From NCBI GenBank assembly GCA_004347965.1, contig QNVF01000002.1:18895-82894 (forward strand): a DNA stretch of 64,000 nt, given 5' to 3'. A model generated the notes under the pieces. That model was not told the DNA's origin. It saw nothing but the letters and a program-made list of their open reading frames with translations, and did no database searches. Origin of the DNA: Candidatus Nezhaarchaeota archaeon WYZ-LMO8. Its GTDB lineage: Archaea > Thermoproteota > Methanomethylicia > Nezhaarchaeales > WYZ-LMO8. Positions 48,431 through 57,889 of the stretch are shown here, piece after piece. Numbering within the stretch: position 1 is the first letter of the stretch; every line of letters begins with the position of its first letter. A program made the translations under genes and the position numbers.

Positions 48431-49945
48431 TTGTTTGACGTGCTTCTAACGACTGATAGGACCATGATGACCAATCATCACGGCAAGGAATTCTTAGGCT
48501 TTATGGCTACTGGCCCAGCTATAGGATTGCCTGAGCCCATCTGGATGTGGATCTGTGCACCTAAGATGAGGACTGATGATCTCGGTAGAGTATGGCAAGC
48601 CCCCTATGGCATGAGGAAGATAGAGTCCGTGCTTATTAATGCCGGATTTAATGTTGCCACTGTAGATCCAGATCACTTAGATAAACACCTAAAGCACGCC
48701 AAGGTTTTGCTGTTAAGTCACCACGACTACTTTGCTCTATGCCCTCCAAGCTCAGAATGGTGGTCAATAACCAAAAAAGAGCCTGTTAATGCTAAGAGCT
48801 TCAGGAAGCTCATGGATAGGAGGTCTATTAGAGAGGCCAAGCGTCGAGGATTAAAGATAATTGCAGGTGGACCAGCAGCTTGGCAGTGGCTATGGAAGCT
48901 TGATAAATGGATTGGATGGGATGTCGATACAGTCGTCGATGGAGAGGCTGAGAAGATAGTGACAGACTTGGTGTCAAAAGCTCTGAACAACGAGTCTCTT
49001 CCGAGATACGTCTACGTTGGAATAGACGACGTTCCAAAGCTTGAAGAGATACCTACGATTAAGCATGCTAGCATAAATGGTCTAATCGAAGTCACACGAG
49101 GTTGCCCTCGAAACTGTAGGTTTTGCTCGGTAACGCTAAGACCGTTAAGGCACTACACGCTTGACATGATAGAGCAGGAGCTTAAAATCAACGTTTCAGA
49201 AGGTGTTACTGAAGGGATAATCCACTCTGAGGACGTTCTCCTCTATGGATCGAGGAGTGTAGAGCCTGAGCCTAATGCAGTCATCAAGCTCCACGAGCTC
49301 GTCAAGTCGTACTACAAGAGGATTTCGTGGAGCCATGCAAGTCTCTCGGCTATTAAGAGGGCCGAGGAGAAGTACAAGCTCGTCTCAAAAGTTAGGGAGA
49401 TAATATGCGATGAAAACCAAGACTACTGGGGAGTTGAAGTCGGCATTGAAACTGGGTCAGTAAACTTAGCTAAGAAGATAATGCCAGCAAAATCTGCCCC
49501 CTATCCTGCTGAGGCTTGGCCAAGCATCGTGGAAGAGGCGTTCGCCATAATGCATGACAATAACATAATTCCTGCAGCAACACTAATTCTAGGGCTACCT
49601 GAAGAGACGGAGGACGACGTGATGAGAACAGCCGAGCTTATAGATAGACTTAGGCCCTATAGGAGTCTCATAGTGCCAATGTTCTTCGTACCTATGGGCC
49701 ACTTCAAAACCCAAGATTGGTTTACTAGAGTTAAAGTAAAGGATGAACACGTAGAGGTCATGAAAAGGTGCTTTTACCACACAGTTTACTGGGCTGACGA
49801 CATAGTGAGCAAATTTTACTTGAAGGGATCAGTTTACGCTCCACTAAGATGGTTAATAAAGCTGTTCCTGAGATACGCTAAGTGGAAGATTAGAGCTGTT
49901 GAGAGGAAGCTAGAGGTAGGGAAAATCGTTAAGAAGGATTATTAA
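48431..49945 (+). CDS. Radical SAM protein with an N-terminal B12-binding-like domain (class B-like)
   Basis: The CX3CX2C motif is [14 protein letters not shown]. The N-terminal pattern [13 protein letters not shown] ... GEAEKIV parallels the cobalamin-binding domain of the neighbouring class B enzyme. Confidence 0.65.
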   Translation: MFDVLLTTDRTMMTNHHGKEFLGFMATGPAIGLPEPIWMWICAPKMRTDDLGRVWQAPYGMRKIESVLINAGFNVATVDPDHLDKHLKHAKVLLLSHHDYFALCPPSSEWWSITKKEPVNAKSFRKLMDRRSIREAKRRGLKIIAGGPAAWQWLWKLDKWIGWDVDTVVDGEAEKIVTDLVSKALNNESLPRYVYVGIDDVPKLEEIPTIKHASINGLIEVTRGCPRNCRFCSVTLRPLRHYTLDMIEQELKINVSEGVTEGIIHSEDVLLYGSRSVEPEPNAVIKLHELVKSYYKRISWSHASLSAIKRAEEKYKLVSKVREIICDENQDYWGVEVGIETGSVNLAKKIMPAKSAPYPAEAWPSIVEEAFAIMHDNNIIPAATLILGLPEETEDDVMRTAELIDRLRPYRSLIVPMFFVPMGHFKTQDWFTRVKVKDEHVEVMKRCFYHTVYWADDIVSKFYLKGSVYAPLRWLIKLFLRYAKWKIRAVERKLEVGKIVKKDY

Positions 49946-49986
49946 GGACCTAAGCGAAGTGGCATAAAAAGAGTAGAGCAGTCTAA

Positions 49987-50793
49987 TCACATCTCTATGC
50001 CTATTGGACAGGCTTTTAGGCAGAGACCGCAAAGGTGTGCGCTGGGAGACCTATACTCGCTCGGTAGGAGGATCTTTATTATGTGTGGGGGAACTTCTTT
50101 GCGTCTTAGCTCCTCAATCCTTTTGAAGTACTCAATAGTGTAGACTTTGGGCCCCCTATATCTTCGACACTTGTATTGATCTACAGTACCATCACCTGGT
50201 AAGGCCTTCACAGGACATGCTTTAACGCACCTGAGTCCACACACTTCAGGTTTACATATTAGTCCCCATGAGAAGCCATTTGCTATAATTGGATCTGGCT
50301 CTAATGGTGCTGATGTTATGACGGAAGCAAACCTAACTCTAGGACCAAACTTAGGGACAACAACATAAGATGCTGGAGTGAACTCGCCAAGGCCTGCTAA
50401 AACTGCAGCATGCCTGTGAGAAAAGGTGGCTAGCATTTTAACTTTAGGCTCCTTCCCCTCCATCACCCTTACTTCCCTATAGTAATCGGGTTCATCAGGG
50501 CTTATGGGAGTGGCGTCAAACCCTTTGTCCTCTAAGTAGAAGGTGATGTCGTATACTATCGAGCGAAGCCTTTCATTCAGATGGTTGTATGCTTCCTCAT
50601 ATAGCGGACTTGGAATGCTTCTGACTATGGAGAGGGGGACACGTAAGCCAACAACAATGATACTCTTGGCATTCGGGAGGATGTCTGAGGGTCTATGACC
50701 CTCAGGGGCTAATGAAAACCTCTCAGCTGAGGCTATACCGACTAAGTGAGCTCCAACTCTCCTTGCTACTTCCTTCAAAACCTTGCTATCCAT
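49987..50793 (-). CDS. QueG / reductive-dehalogenase-like Fe-S protein (short form)
   Basis: The N-terminus VARRVGAHLVGIASAE resembles the QueG N-domain. Two Cys clusters are present, CKPEVCGLRCVKACP and CGLCLKACP. At 268 aa it is shorter than bacterial QueG. Confidence 0.5.
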   Translation of the reverse strand: MDSKVLKEVARRVGAHLVGIASAERFSLAPEGHRPSDILPNAKSIIVVGLRVPLSIVRSIPSPLYEEAYNHLNERLRSIVYDITFYLEDKGFDATPISPDEPDYYREVRVMEGKEPKVKMLATFSHRHAAVLAGLGEFTPASYVVVPKFGPRVRFASVITSAPLEPDPIIANGFSWGLICKPEVCGLRCVKACPVKALPGDGTVDQYKCRRYRGPKVYTIEYFKRIEELRRKEVPPHIIKILLPSEYRSPSAHLCGLCLKACPIGIEM

Positions 50794-50922
50794 ACTCTGA
50801 GAGGGTACGTCTTGAGCTATTTAAGCTCTTTCTTTCGTCTCAACCGTCTGTAGAGCGATAAGGCTTATGCTACATCCTTACGGTCATTGAAAACTTCATA
50901 CGAACTACGGGGCTAGGCTGCT

Positions 50923-52389
50923 ATGGTTAAAGGAATTGTCAATACTTTAAAAGATAAAAGCAGCGTGAAATTAGTAATAAGTAGAAGGTTCATGGCTAGG
51001 GTTCTATTAGCAGTTCCTCCTGGTTGCGAGGAGCTCGAGATATATCGAGTAACGGGTATTAAGGCCCCTCCCCTCGGATTAGCATGGATAGCAAGTGTAC
51101 TTGAAGGTCATGGGCATGAAGTTAAGATTGTTGATTCTCCAACACTAGGTCTCTCAACTTCTGATCTTGTTAAGATAGTGAAGTCATGGTGCCCAGAATT
51201 TGTCGGCTTAAGCTCTCTAACTCCAACAATTAAGCTTGCCTATAAGACCGCTAAAGCCGTCAAGGTTGTTGATAGAGATATTAAGGTGATAATCGGGGGA
51301 GTACATGCAACATTTATGTGGCGTGAAGTGCTTAATGAATGTCCTCATGTAGACTATGTTGTGCTTGGCGAAGGAGAGGAATCCATGCTGCAGCTGGTTG
51401 AATGCCTAGAGAAGGGAATTAAACCACGAAGCGTTTTGGGTATAGCAATGAGAAATGAGAGTGGCGAGCCTGTGTGTACGGGACCTTGGAGGCTTGTGAA
51501 CCTAGAAACTCTACCTCCACCTGCCAGACACTTACTACCAATGGACAAGTACACGGTCCTTGAAAAGCCAATAAGGGTTGCACATCTGATGGCCAGTAGA
51601 GGTTGTCCATATGGATGCATATTCTGTGTAACTAGCTACTACTTTGGCAGGAGAGTTAGGTTTAGGAGTGTTGAAAGTGTCCTTAATGAAATTGAGGAGT
51701 GCATAGACAAGTACAAGGCTAAGATCTTAATTTTCACCGATGATGAGCTCACAATTAATAGGAAGTGGATGGAGAGCCTCATAAAGGGATTGAGAGATAG
51801 AAACTTAGACGTAGAGTGGACCTGTGGTGCTAGAGTCGATAACGTCGATGAGAAGCTCTTAGTAAAGATGTACTCAAGTGGTTGCAGAGCGATATACTTT
51901 GGAGTTGAGTCAGGATCTCAAGAAACGATTAACAGAATAGGGAAGAGGATAAGCTTAAGCCAAGTTAAGAAGGTATTCGAGATCGTCAAGAGAATAGGAT
52001 GTTCTGCCGTTGCCACATTCATGCTAGGCTTTCCGTGGGAAACCGTAAGCGACATGAGGCAGACTGTGAGGTTTGCATTAAAGCTTGATCCCGATTACGC
52101 GCAGTTCACGTATGTAACCCCGTATCCTGGCACACCACTTCACGAGATGGCTAAGAAATATAATCTTATAGTTGACCACGACTGGGGTCACTACACGACC
52201 ATAAGGCCGGTCATGAGAGGCTTTCACTTTACTATCAAAGACGTTGAGACCATATTTAAAGAAGCCTACTTGAGATTCTATGCGAGATTAAAATTCTTGG
52301 CTAAACATATTAAATCTGGGACCTTCAAAGCTTTCTTAAAAATAATCTTCAATAACGTGATATTACCAAGGTTTAGAAGTTTTTCTTAG
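50923..52389 (+). CDS. Class B (cobalamin-binding) radical SAM enzyme. The likely start is MARVLLAVPP at ~50992.
   Basis: The B12 domain reads VKVIIGGVHATFMW...VVLGEGEE. The radical SAM motif is ASRGCPYGCIFC. Confidence 0.75.
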   Translation: MVKGIVNTLKDKSSVKLVISRRFMARVLLAVPPGCEELEIYRVTGIKAPPLGLAWIASVLEGHGHEVKIVDSPTLGLSTSDLVKIVKSWCPEFVGLSSLTPTIKLAYKTAKAVKVVDRDIKVIIGGVHATFMWREVLNECPHVDYVVLGEGEESMLQLVECLEKGIKPRSVLGIAMRNESGEPVCTGPWRLVNLETLPPPARHLLPMDKYTVLEKPIRVAHLMASRGCPYGCIFCVTSYYFGRRVRFRSVESVLNEIEECIDKYKAKILIFTDDELTINRKWMESLIKGLRDRNLDVEWTCGARVDNVDEKLLVKMYSSGCRAIYFGVESGSQETINRIGKRISLSQVKKVFEIVKRIGCSAVATFMLGFPWETVSDMRQTVRFALKLDPDYAQFTYVTPYPGTPLHEMAKKYNLIVDHDWGHYTTIRPVMRGFHFTIKDVETIFKEAYLRFYARLKFLAKHIKSGTFKAFLKIIFNNVILPRFRSFS

Positions 52390-52686
52390 TTTCACTAAAA
52401 CCATAATTAATTTGATTTATTACATGAAATAGAAAACTGAAAAGCTTCAAGAAGGTTAGGGTCTTGTTATTAACGTTGAGGAGCCATCAGATGACCCTCT
52501 ACTCATCATGTAGATCTGTCTGCAAAGCTTTCATCATTAGCTCCACGCTTAAAAATCTGCATGAGTAGCTTTAAAGTTTATCGACGAAGATGGAAGAGCT
52601 ACGGTCGTGGACCAAGACTCAATGCACATCGCTTCGCTTATCGCTTACCTCTAGGCTTGCAGACTTACTTAATTGGTGACGTACTG

Positions 52687-53262
52687 CTATAGTAAGGCAA
52701 GTTTATCAAGGATGTGTACGGCCAATACGAGGTAGAGCAACATGGTTAGTGGTACGTGAAGAACTCTCCAGTAGTTCTTAACAAACCTGGTTTTCACAAA
52801 TTTTCCCAGCACACCACTTATGACCACTACGATCATGAGGAAGAAGGTAAATAGACTTAGGAAATCTCCAGGTCTAATAGGCCAAAGCCCACCGATTACA
52901 TGAAGGCAAACGAAGATGAGAGATGCGATCCCTAATACGCAATGAATTGGTAACCAGATTTTAACGTCTTTGGGTGAAACCCTCTTTAAAAGGGAGTATA
53001 AGTTTGAAGCAACGAAGAGCGAGACACTAATCCATCCAAGTTGGTGGGCATAGCCTTTCAAAGTATCATCACGACGTCCTCTCCATCGATATCCCTCACC
53101 TTGAAGGATGAAGGCCACAGCGAACGATAAAAGTAGCAGGAGTAAGATGACTGTTGCCATCAATAAAATCTTGTTCAAACGCGTCTTAACCATCACACCA
53201 CCATAAGATATGCAGCTTATACTGCAAGATATAATATGCTTATATGCTTTGTTCTCCTCCAA
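52687..53262 (-). CDS. Membrane protein with 4 TM helices and His residues in TM2/TM4 (possible b-type heme binder). The start is perhaps MVKTRL at ~53193.
   Basis: The hydropathy pattern shows four helices. Conserved-looking His residues sit in IHCVLGIASLIFVCLHVIGG and VLHVPLTMLLYLVLAVHIL. Confidence 0.35.
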   Translation of the reverse strand: MEENKAYKHIISCSISCISYGGVMVKTRLNKILLMATVILLLLLLSFAVAFILQGEGYRWRGRRDDTLKGYAHQLGWISVSLFVASNLYSLLKRVSPKDVKIWLPIHCVLGIASLIFVCLHVIGGLWPIRPGDFLSLFTFFLMIVVVISGVLGKFVKTRFVKNYWRVLHVPLTMLLYLVLAVHILDKLALL

Positions 53263-53377
53263 AGTGCTTTGCTAAGCTAAGCAGCAACAGCTAAGGGCTT
53301 CGGAGCTGAACTTATAATTCATATCAGATAGCTAAAAGAATAGTGTACAACGTATTGTATAGAAGATGTTTGAAGTT

Positions 53378-53908
53378 TTAATACCTCTCGCCCACCATTC
53401 TCGGTGAGATCTTCCAGAGAAGTCTCACCCTCTCAACACCATTAATCTCCTTTATCACCATAGCCGTACCGGCTGGTACAAGCTTCTCCCACTCACCACC
53501 TTCAATCATTAACCTCCTAACAATCGTCCCACTAACACCGGGTATAAGAGGGGTCTCACGAACTTCAAGTCCGTAATTCCTGAAGAGTGCTCTAACAATC
53601 TCATTGTTGCTGTAAACCACCTGAGCTCTTGGAGTGTAAGAGAGAACGTGTCTCGGCCACTCATAATTGCTCGGTATGTTGTCTACAGGAACTATGTAAA
53701 CTTCTTCATATAAGTCTCCAAGACCTGCACGTATCATCTCTATTCTCTCGCCAGCTGTAAAGGGATTATCCATTGTAAAGCTATACTGAGCTGCAGCAAC
53801 AACGATTATCAATTCATCAATCTTCTCAAGAACGTGGTTAATTGAGTAAAGGTGCCCATTGTGGAAAGGTTGAAATCTACCGATGAAGAGAGCACGCGTC
53901 TTCAACAC
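53378..53908 (-). CDS. nadM: Nicotinamide-nucleotide adenylyltransferase (archaeal type)
   Basis: GRFQPFHNGH is the (H/T)xGH nucleotidyltransferase motif in its archaeal NMNAT context. The length is 176 aa. Confidence 0.8.
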   Translation of the reverse strand: MLKTRALFIGRFQPFHNGHLYSINHVLEKIDELIIVVAAAQYSFTMDNPFTAGERIEMIRAGLGDLYEEVYIVPVDNIPSNYEWPRHVLSYTPRAQVVYSNNEIVRALFRNYGLEVRETPLIPGVSGTIVRRLMIEGGEWEKLVPAGTAMVIKEINGVERVRLLWKISPRMVGERY

Positions 53909-53986
53909 TAACCCCCACGATACGCTTCTTTACACCTCCTCTCATATTTCCTTAGCCCTCCCTAGAACATGAACTAAACTACAGAT

Positions 53987-54004
53987 CAGTTAAGTTCTTA
54001 ACTG
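53987..54004. promoter_or_regulatory. 18-bp palindrome CAGTTAAG-TT-CTTAACTG ~80 bp upstream of the nadM start, a candidate operator
   Basis: The 8-bp arms are perfect reverse complements, checked by hand. It lies in a 596-bp non-coding region. Confidence 0.25.
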
Positions 54005-54504
54005 TCAAGAGTAGTTCTAGAGGTTATTAGAGTAACGATAAGGATAGTTAACGAGAAGCTAATTGAAAGCAAGATGTTAAGGTTTTGACAGTAACGCTGA
54101 AGGTGAGAGACAAGTGATGAAGATTTATGAGGCGACAGCTAAAGAGCTAGGGCGCTCTTTAACTACATGGACGTAATAGAAGTAAAGTTGGCTTCAGGAG
54201 AAGCACACGATTTCACCCCTAAAAAGAGACTTTTAGTAGAGCCCTAGGTCCCTAAATTAGATATGTAGGACCATAACATGATCTTATAACTGCATGGTAG
54301 TGAATTCGCAGATCGATAAAGTCATTTACAACCGATACTACAATCGATGAACTTGGTATCACCGTAAACTTTGGGAGGTCTCTAGAAATACATCCTAACT
54401 TGTTGATCAGGGTGAAGCCAACAGTCCAAATCCATTTTCTTAGCTTCCATGGTTAAAGAAATTGACTACATAAGTTTTTCTAGTACTAAGTAAAATATTA
54501 TAAC

Positions 54505-55512
54505 ATGCCTTTTACAACGTACCACTTTGGCCCAGCATTACTTATCGGAGTGTTTCTTTGGAGCTGTCTTCACTGGCCAACGCTTATAACTGCTAGCTTG
54601 ATAGTTGACGTTGAGCCCCTACTTGCTTTCACGGTCTTAGTTAGCTACCCTATCCATGGTTCTCTTCATACTTTTCTTGCATCTCTTATTGGAGGGTCGC
54701 TTGTGGGCTTATTCATGTACTTTATCGATAGATCGTTTAAGCGGATTTATCGCGGACTTGCCCTCGTTAAAGGGGACTTGGGCTTAAAGGGTTATCTTGT
54801 AGCAGGGGTTATCGGTTGGTTTATACATGTGCTCTACGATACTCCTCTATACTACGAGATGATGCCCTTCTACCCGTTAGAAGGTAATCCATTTTACAAC
54901 TCTCTGCCATATCCTATTTTACACGCTTTTTATGTAGTTCTCCTATGTACTGGAATAGCAGCTTACCTCGTGAATACCTTTAAAGTGAGCTCTAATCGAT
55001 GTGGAGTTGATCACGCAATGTTGCAGGCTGGTCTTTTATTGGTGGTGGCTGCTACATTACTGCTACTTTCATTTGATGTGTTGATGCTCTTTTTAGCTAC
55101 AATCATGATTGCAGGTGGAATCATAGTAATCCACACATCTCTCTTGAAGCTTGTTAAGCAATGGAAGACTAGGATAATGTTATCAATGCTTTGCATGTTG
55201 ATCGCTATAATTGCCTTTACGGTAATCGCGGCTCTCTCACTGTCTTCCCTGAAAGTAAGTATTGAAGTTCTCTTAGATACTTTTGTTAATCTACCAACAG
55301 TTTTCTTTGCGGTCTTATGGATTAGTGTACTTACTGGATTAATGTTATTGAGACGTCCACTAATTGAAGCTAGCAGTACCGTGAGGCCTCACTTAACTTT
55401 TATTCTGATTCTCGGGTGGGTCCTTACCCCCGCTATCATAGGGATACTAGTGTTTTGGATAACCCTTGTCATAATGGCCGCGAGAATTGGCGAGACAAAG
55501 TATGTTCAATAA
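54505..55512 (+). CDS. Membrane-bound metal-dependent hydrolase-like protein (YdjM/DUF457-like N-terminal half) with additional TM helices
   Basis: The N-terminus MPFTTYHFGPALLIG and its spaced His/Asp residues resemble the YdjM family. The protein is polytopic. Confidence 0.4.
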   Translation: MPFTTYHFGPALLIGVFLWSCLHWPTLITASLIVDVEPLLAFTVLVSYPIHGSLHTFLASLIGGSLVGLFMYFIDRSFKRIYRGLALVKGDLGLKGYLVAGVIGWFIHVLYDTPLYYEMMPFYPLEGNPFYNSLPYPILHAFYVVLLCTGIAAYLVNTFKVSSNRCGVDHAMLQAGLLLVVAATLLLLSFDVLMLFLATIMIAGGIIVIHTSLLKLVKQWKTRIMLSMLCMLIAIIAFTVIAALSLSSLKVSIEVLLDTFVNLPTVFFAVLWISVLTGLMLLRRPLIEASSTVRPHLTFILILGWVLTPAIIGILVFWITLVIMAARIGETKYVQ

Positions 55513-55698
55513 CAGGTAATTTGAACCATTAGCTTATTCGCAGTTAATCTACGTCCTTCATAGAACTCACGATTAAGGTTTTGAGACGCTCACGACATAA
55601 GCAGAGGCCTATTGATTTACCAGCTACTAGTAGCTACGCGTTAAAGATAACTTAACCCTACCTCTAAACGTTCACGCGCACGTTTTAAGTAGATAACG

Positions 55699-57105
55699 TT
55701 GTTCTATGTATGTAGCGGGAGTGGCATGGATTTCGCTTTAATCTCCCTCATAGTGCTCATAGTACTAGTGGTAGTGGGATTAACTTATTTAGTCTTTCAT
55801 CTTTGGATGTCAAAGGCATCACTTAGTTATTCTGTACCAAAAGGTTACTTAAATGAGGTTCCGGTCGTAGCTTTTCACATTCCGGTTAAGGATGAACATC
55901 CATCACTTCTTGAGAGGCTCCTCTCATCAATCACTCGACTAAGGTATCCCAAAGATAAAATAAAGGTTGTCGTAATTTGCGACGATGAAGATCCCAAACC
56001 GATGAGAGAAGTATGTGAGAAAGTTCAAAGAGAGCTTGACGTCACATTCATTCATCGTGATAAAGCTAAGGGGTTTAAGGCTGGGGCACTTAACGAAGCT
56101 TTAAAGGTTGAAGGCGATTTAATCGTGGTTCTGGATGTCGATAGCATTGTACCCCCTGATTTCCTAATTAAGGCCTTGCCACCACTCTATGAGGCAGATG
56201 ATGTAGCTGCAGTTTCTACTCGCTGGGAACCTATTAACGTCAAGGAAAGCCTCTTATCGGAGGCCTATAGTTTTGGACAGAACTTCTTTGCTAGAGGCTT
56301 GTTTAGAGGATTCCAAGCTAAGTTTGGTAGCTTCATGCTTCTAGGTAGTGGCTGCCTAATAAAGAGAAACGTCTTGATGGAAGTTGGGGGATGGAATGAG
56401 AAGTGCATAGCAGAGGATCTTGAACTAGGCGTTAGACTAAGGCTCAAGGGCTACAGGATCGTTTACAACGATTCTGCATTTATCTGGCTTGAGACACCAT
56501 CACGTTACAGCGACTTTAAAGCTCAGCAGAGGAGATGGTCATGCGGTATAAGCCAGTTGCTGTTGAAGCACTTTAAACATATCCTGACATCGAAACTCAA
56601 AGCTGCAGAGAAGCTGAGCTTGCTGGTCTACTTAACTCAGTACTGGGGTCTAGCGTTCGTAGGGTTTTCAATGATCTTACTCCCGCTACTAGTCCTACTT
56701 AATGGAGAGCCTTCACCGCTACTACTGCTACCAATTCTAGTAATCAGCTTATTAGCTATGGCTATTTACGGCTATGAGCTCATGAAGTACAAGCTCGACG
56801 AGGGCAGCTTACTAAGAAACATTAAAGTTCTTGGTAGAGCTGCAGCCCTGACAGTCGCCATGTCACTTGATTCACTTATCTACTCATTGAGACCACTTAT
56901 GAGGATGAAGTGCAGCTGGAGAGTAACACCTAAAGGACCGTCAAAGAAGCTATCAAGAGGTACGTTCAAATTAGAAATTGGGCTAACAGCTCTTTTACTA
57001 ATAACCCTAGTTATATCAGTAATGAAGTTGTTTATCGTGTTAACCACGTGGACCGCCATTTACTTTGTAGTACTAATCTACTTACTCGTAAAGAGATTTG
57101 AGTGA
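55699..57105 (+). CDS. Family 2 glycosyltransferase, membrane-embedded processive type (QxxRW). The start is perhaps MDFALI at ~55726.
   Basis: VVLDVDSIVPPDF supplies the DxD, and QQRRWSCG supplies the QxxRW. TM helices flank the GT domain. Confidence 0.7.
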   Translation: MFYVCSGSGMDFALISLIVLIVLVVVGLTYLVFHLWMSKASLSYSVPKGYLNEVPVVAFHIPVKDEHPSLLERLLSSITRLRYPKDKIKVVVICDDEDPKPMREVCEKVQRELDVTFIHRDKAKGFKAGALNEALKVEGDLIVVLDVDSIVPPDFLIKALPPLYEADDVAAVSTRWEPINVKESLLSEAYSFGQNFFARGLFRGFQAKFGSFMLLGSGCLIKRNVLMEVGGWNEKCIAEDLELGVRLRLKGYRIVYNDSAFIWLETPSRYSDFKAQQRRWSCGISQLLLKHFKHILTSKLKAAEKLSLLVYLTQYWGLAFVGFSMILLPLLVLLNGEPSPLLLLPILVISLLAMAIYGYELMKYKLDEGSLLRNIKVLGRAAALTVAMSLDSLIYSLRPLMRMKCSWRVTPKGPSKKLSRGTFKLEIGLTALLLITLVISVMKLFIVLTTWTAIYFVVLIYLLVKRFE

Positions 57106-57236
57106 AAAGCCAGTAAATCTAAGACTAGCTTGAGCACTCATCCTCTTACAATATTGTTATTGATGCTTTGTAACGAGAAGGTTTTTCTTGCTACTTGAAT
57201 CATACATAAAACGAGCCCTTGAAACGATATATTGAT

Positions 57237-57254
57237 CTACTCTTTTTTGAGTAG
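57237..57254 (+). other. Hairpin ctactc-tttttt-gagtag between the GT2 gene and the ECF transporter genes (terminator/attenuator candidate)
   Basis: A 6-bp inverted repeat with a T6 loop, checked by hand. Confidence 0.2.
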
Positions 57255-57316
57255 CAACTCTTAAATTAGTAACTATGATGTACCCCTGGTATTAGGGATG
57301 CTCGGAGCGAGTAACG

Positions 57317-57889
57317 ATGTCAAGAGCTGTTAGCGTAAGGAGCTTGAGGTTCTTCTCACAGGTAGCTGGACTAGTAGCATTAGCTGTAGTGCTCAAGTTC
57401 TTTGAGATACCGTATCCACCAGCCCCCTTCCTGAAATATGACGTCTCAGGTATACCATTAGTGCTCATATCATTCATATCGCTCAAGTACGCTTTGGGCA
57501 TCCTACCCATATATTATGTGATTCCTGTAACCGTGGGTTTTGATCCCATAGGTATGGCTATGAAGTGCCTAGCTGAAGCATCCACATTCGCACCGCTGAC
57601 ACTGATATACAGAGTAGCGTCAAAGATCTCGTCTGATGGAAGAGCTAGTCTATCAGCTGTTATTACAGCTTCTCTAGGTAGAGTTGCTATCATGTCTCTC
57701 GCAAACTACATAGTCACGCCATACTGGTTGTTGTGGGCAGGATGGCTGAAGGACCTTGAGACGGCCCGTGCAATCGTAGTTATATACCTACCACACATAG
57801 CAGTGTTCAACTTGACCCTGGCGTTAATCGTGGCATCAATTTCCATAACCGCCTACATAATCTTAAGGAGGTCAGGCTATTTGAAATGA
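57317..57889 (+). CDS. ECF transporter substrate-specific (S) component candidate
   Basis: 190 aa with ~6 TM helices. It is immediately upstream of the tandem ABC ATPase and T component genes and overlaps the ATPase start by 4 nt. Confidence 0.45.
   Translation: MSRAVSVRSLRFFSQVAGLVALAVVLKFFEIPYPPAPFLKYDVSGIPLVLISFISLKYALGILPIYYVIPVTVGFDPIGMAMKCLAEASTFAPLTLIYRVASKISSDGRASLSAVITASLGRVAIMSLANYIVTPYWLLWAGWLKDLETARAIVVIYLPHIAVFNLTLALIVASISITAYIILRRSGYLK

Noticed and set aside
48494-49037. Minus-strand ORFs inside the first radical SAM gene
   Set aside because: They overlap a motif-supported plus-strand CDS and have no features.
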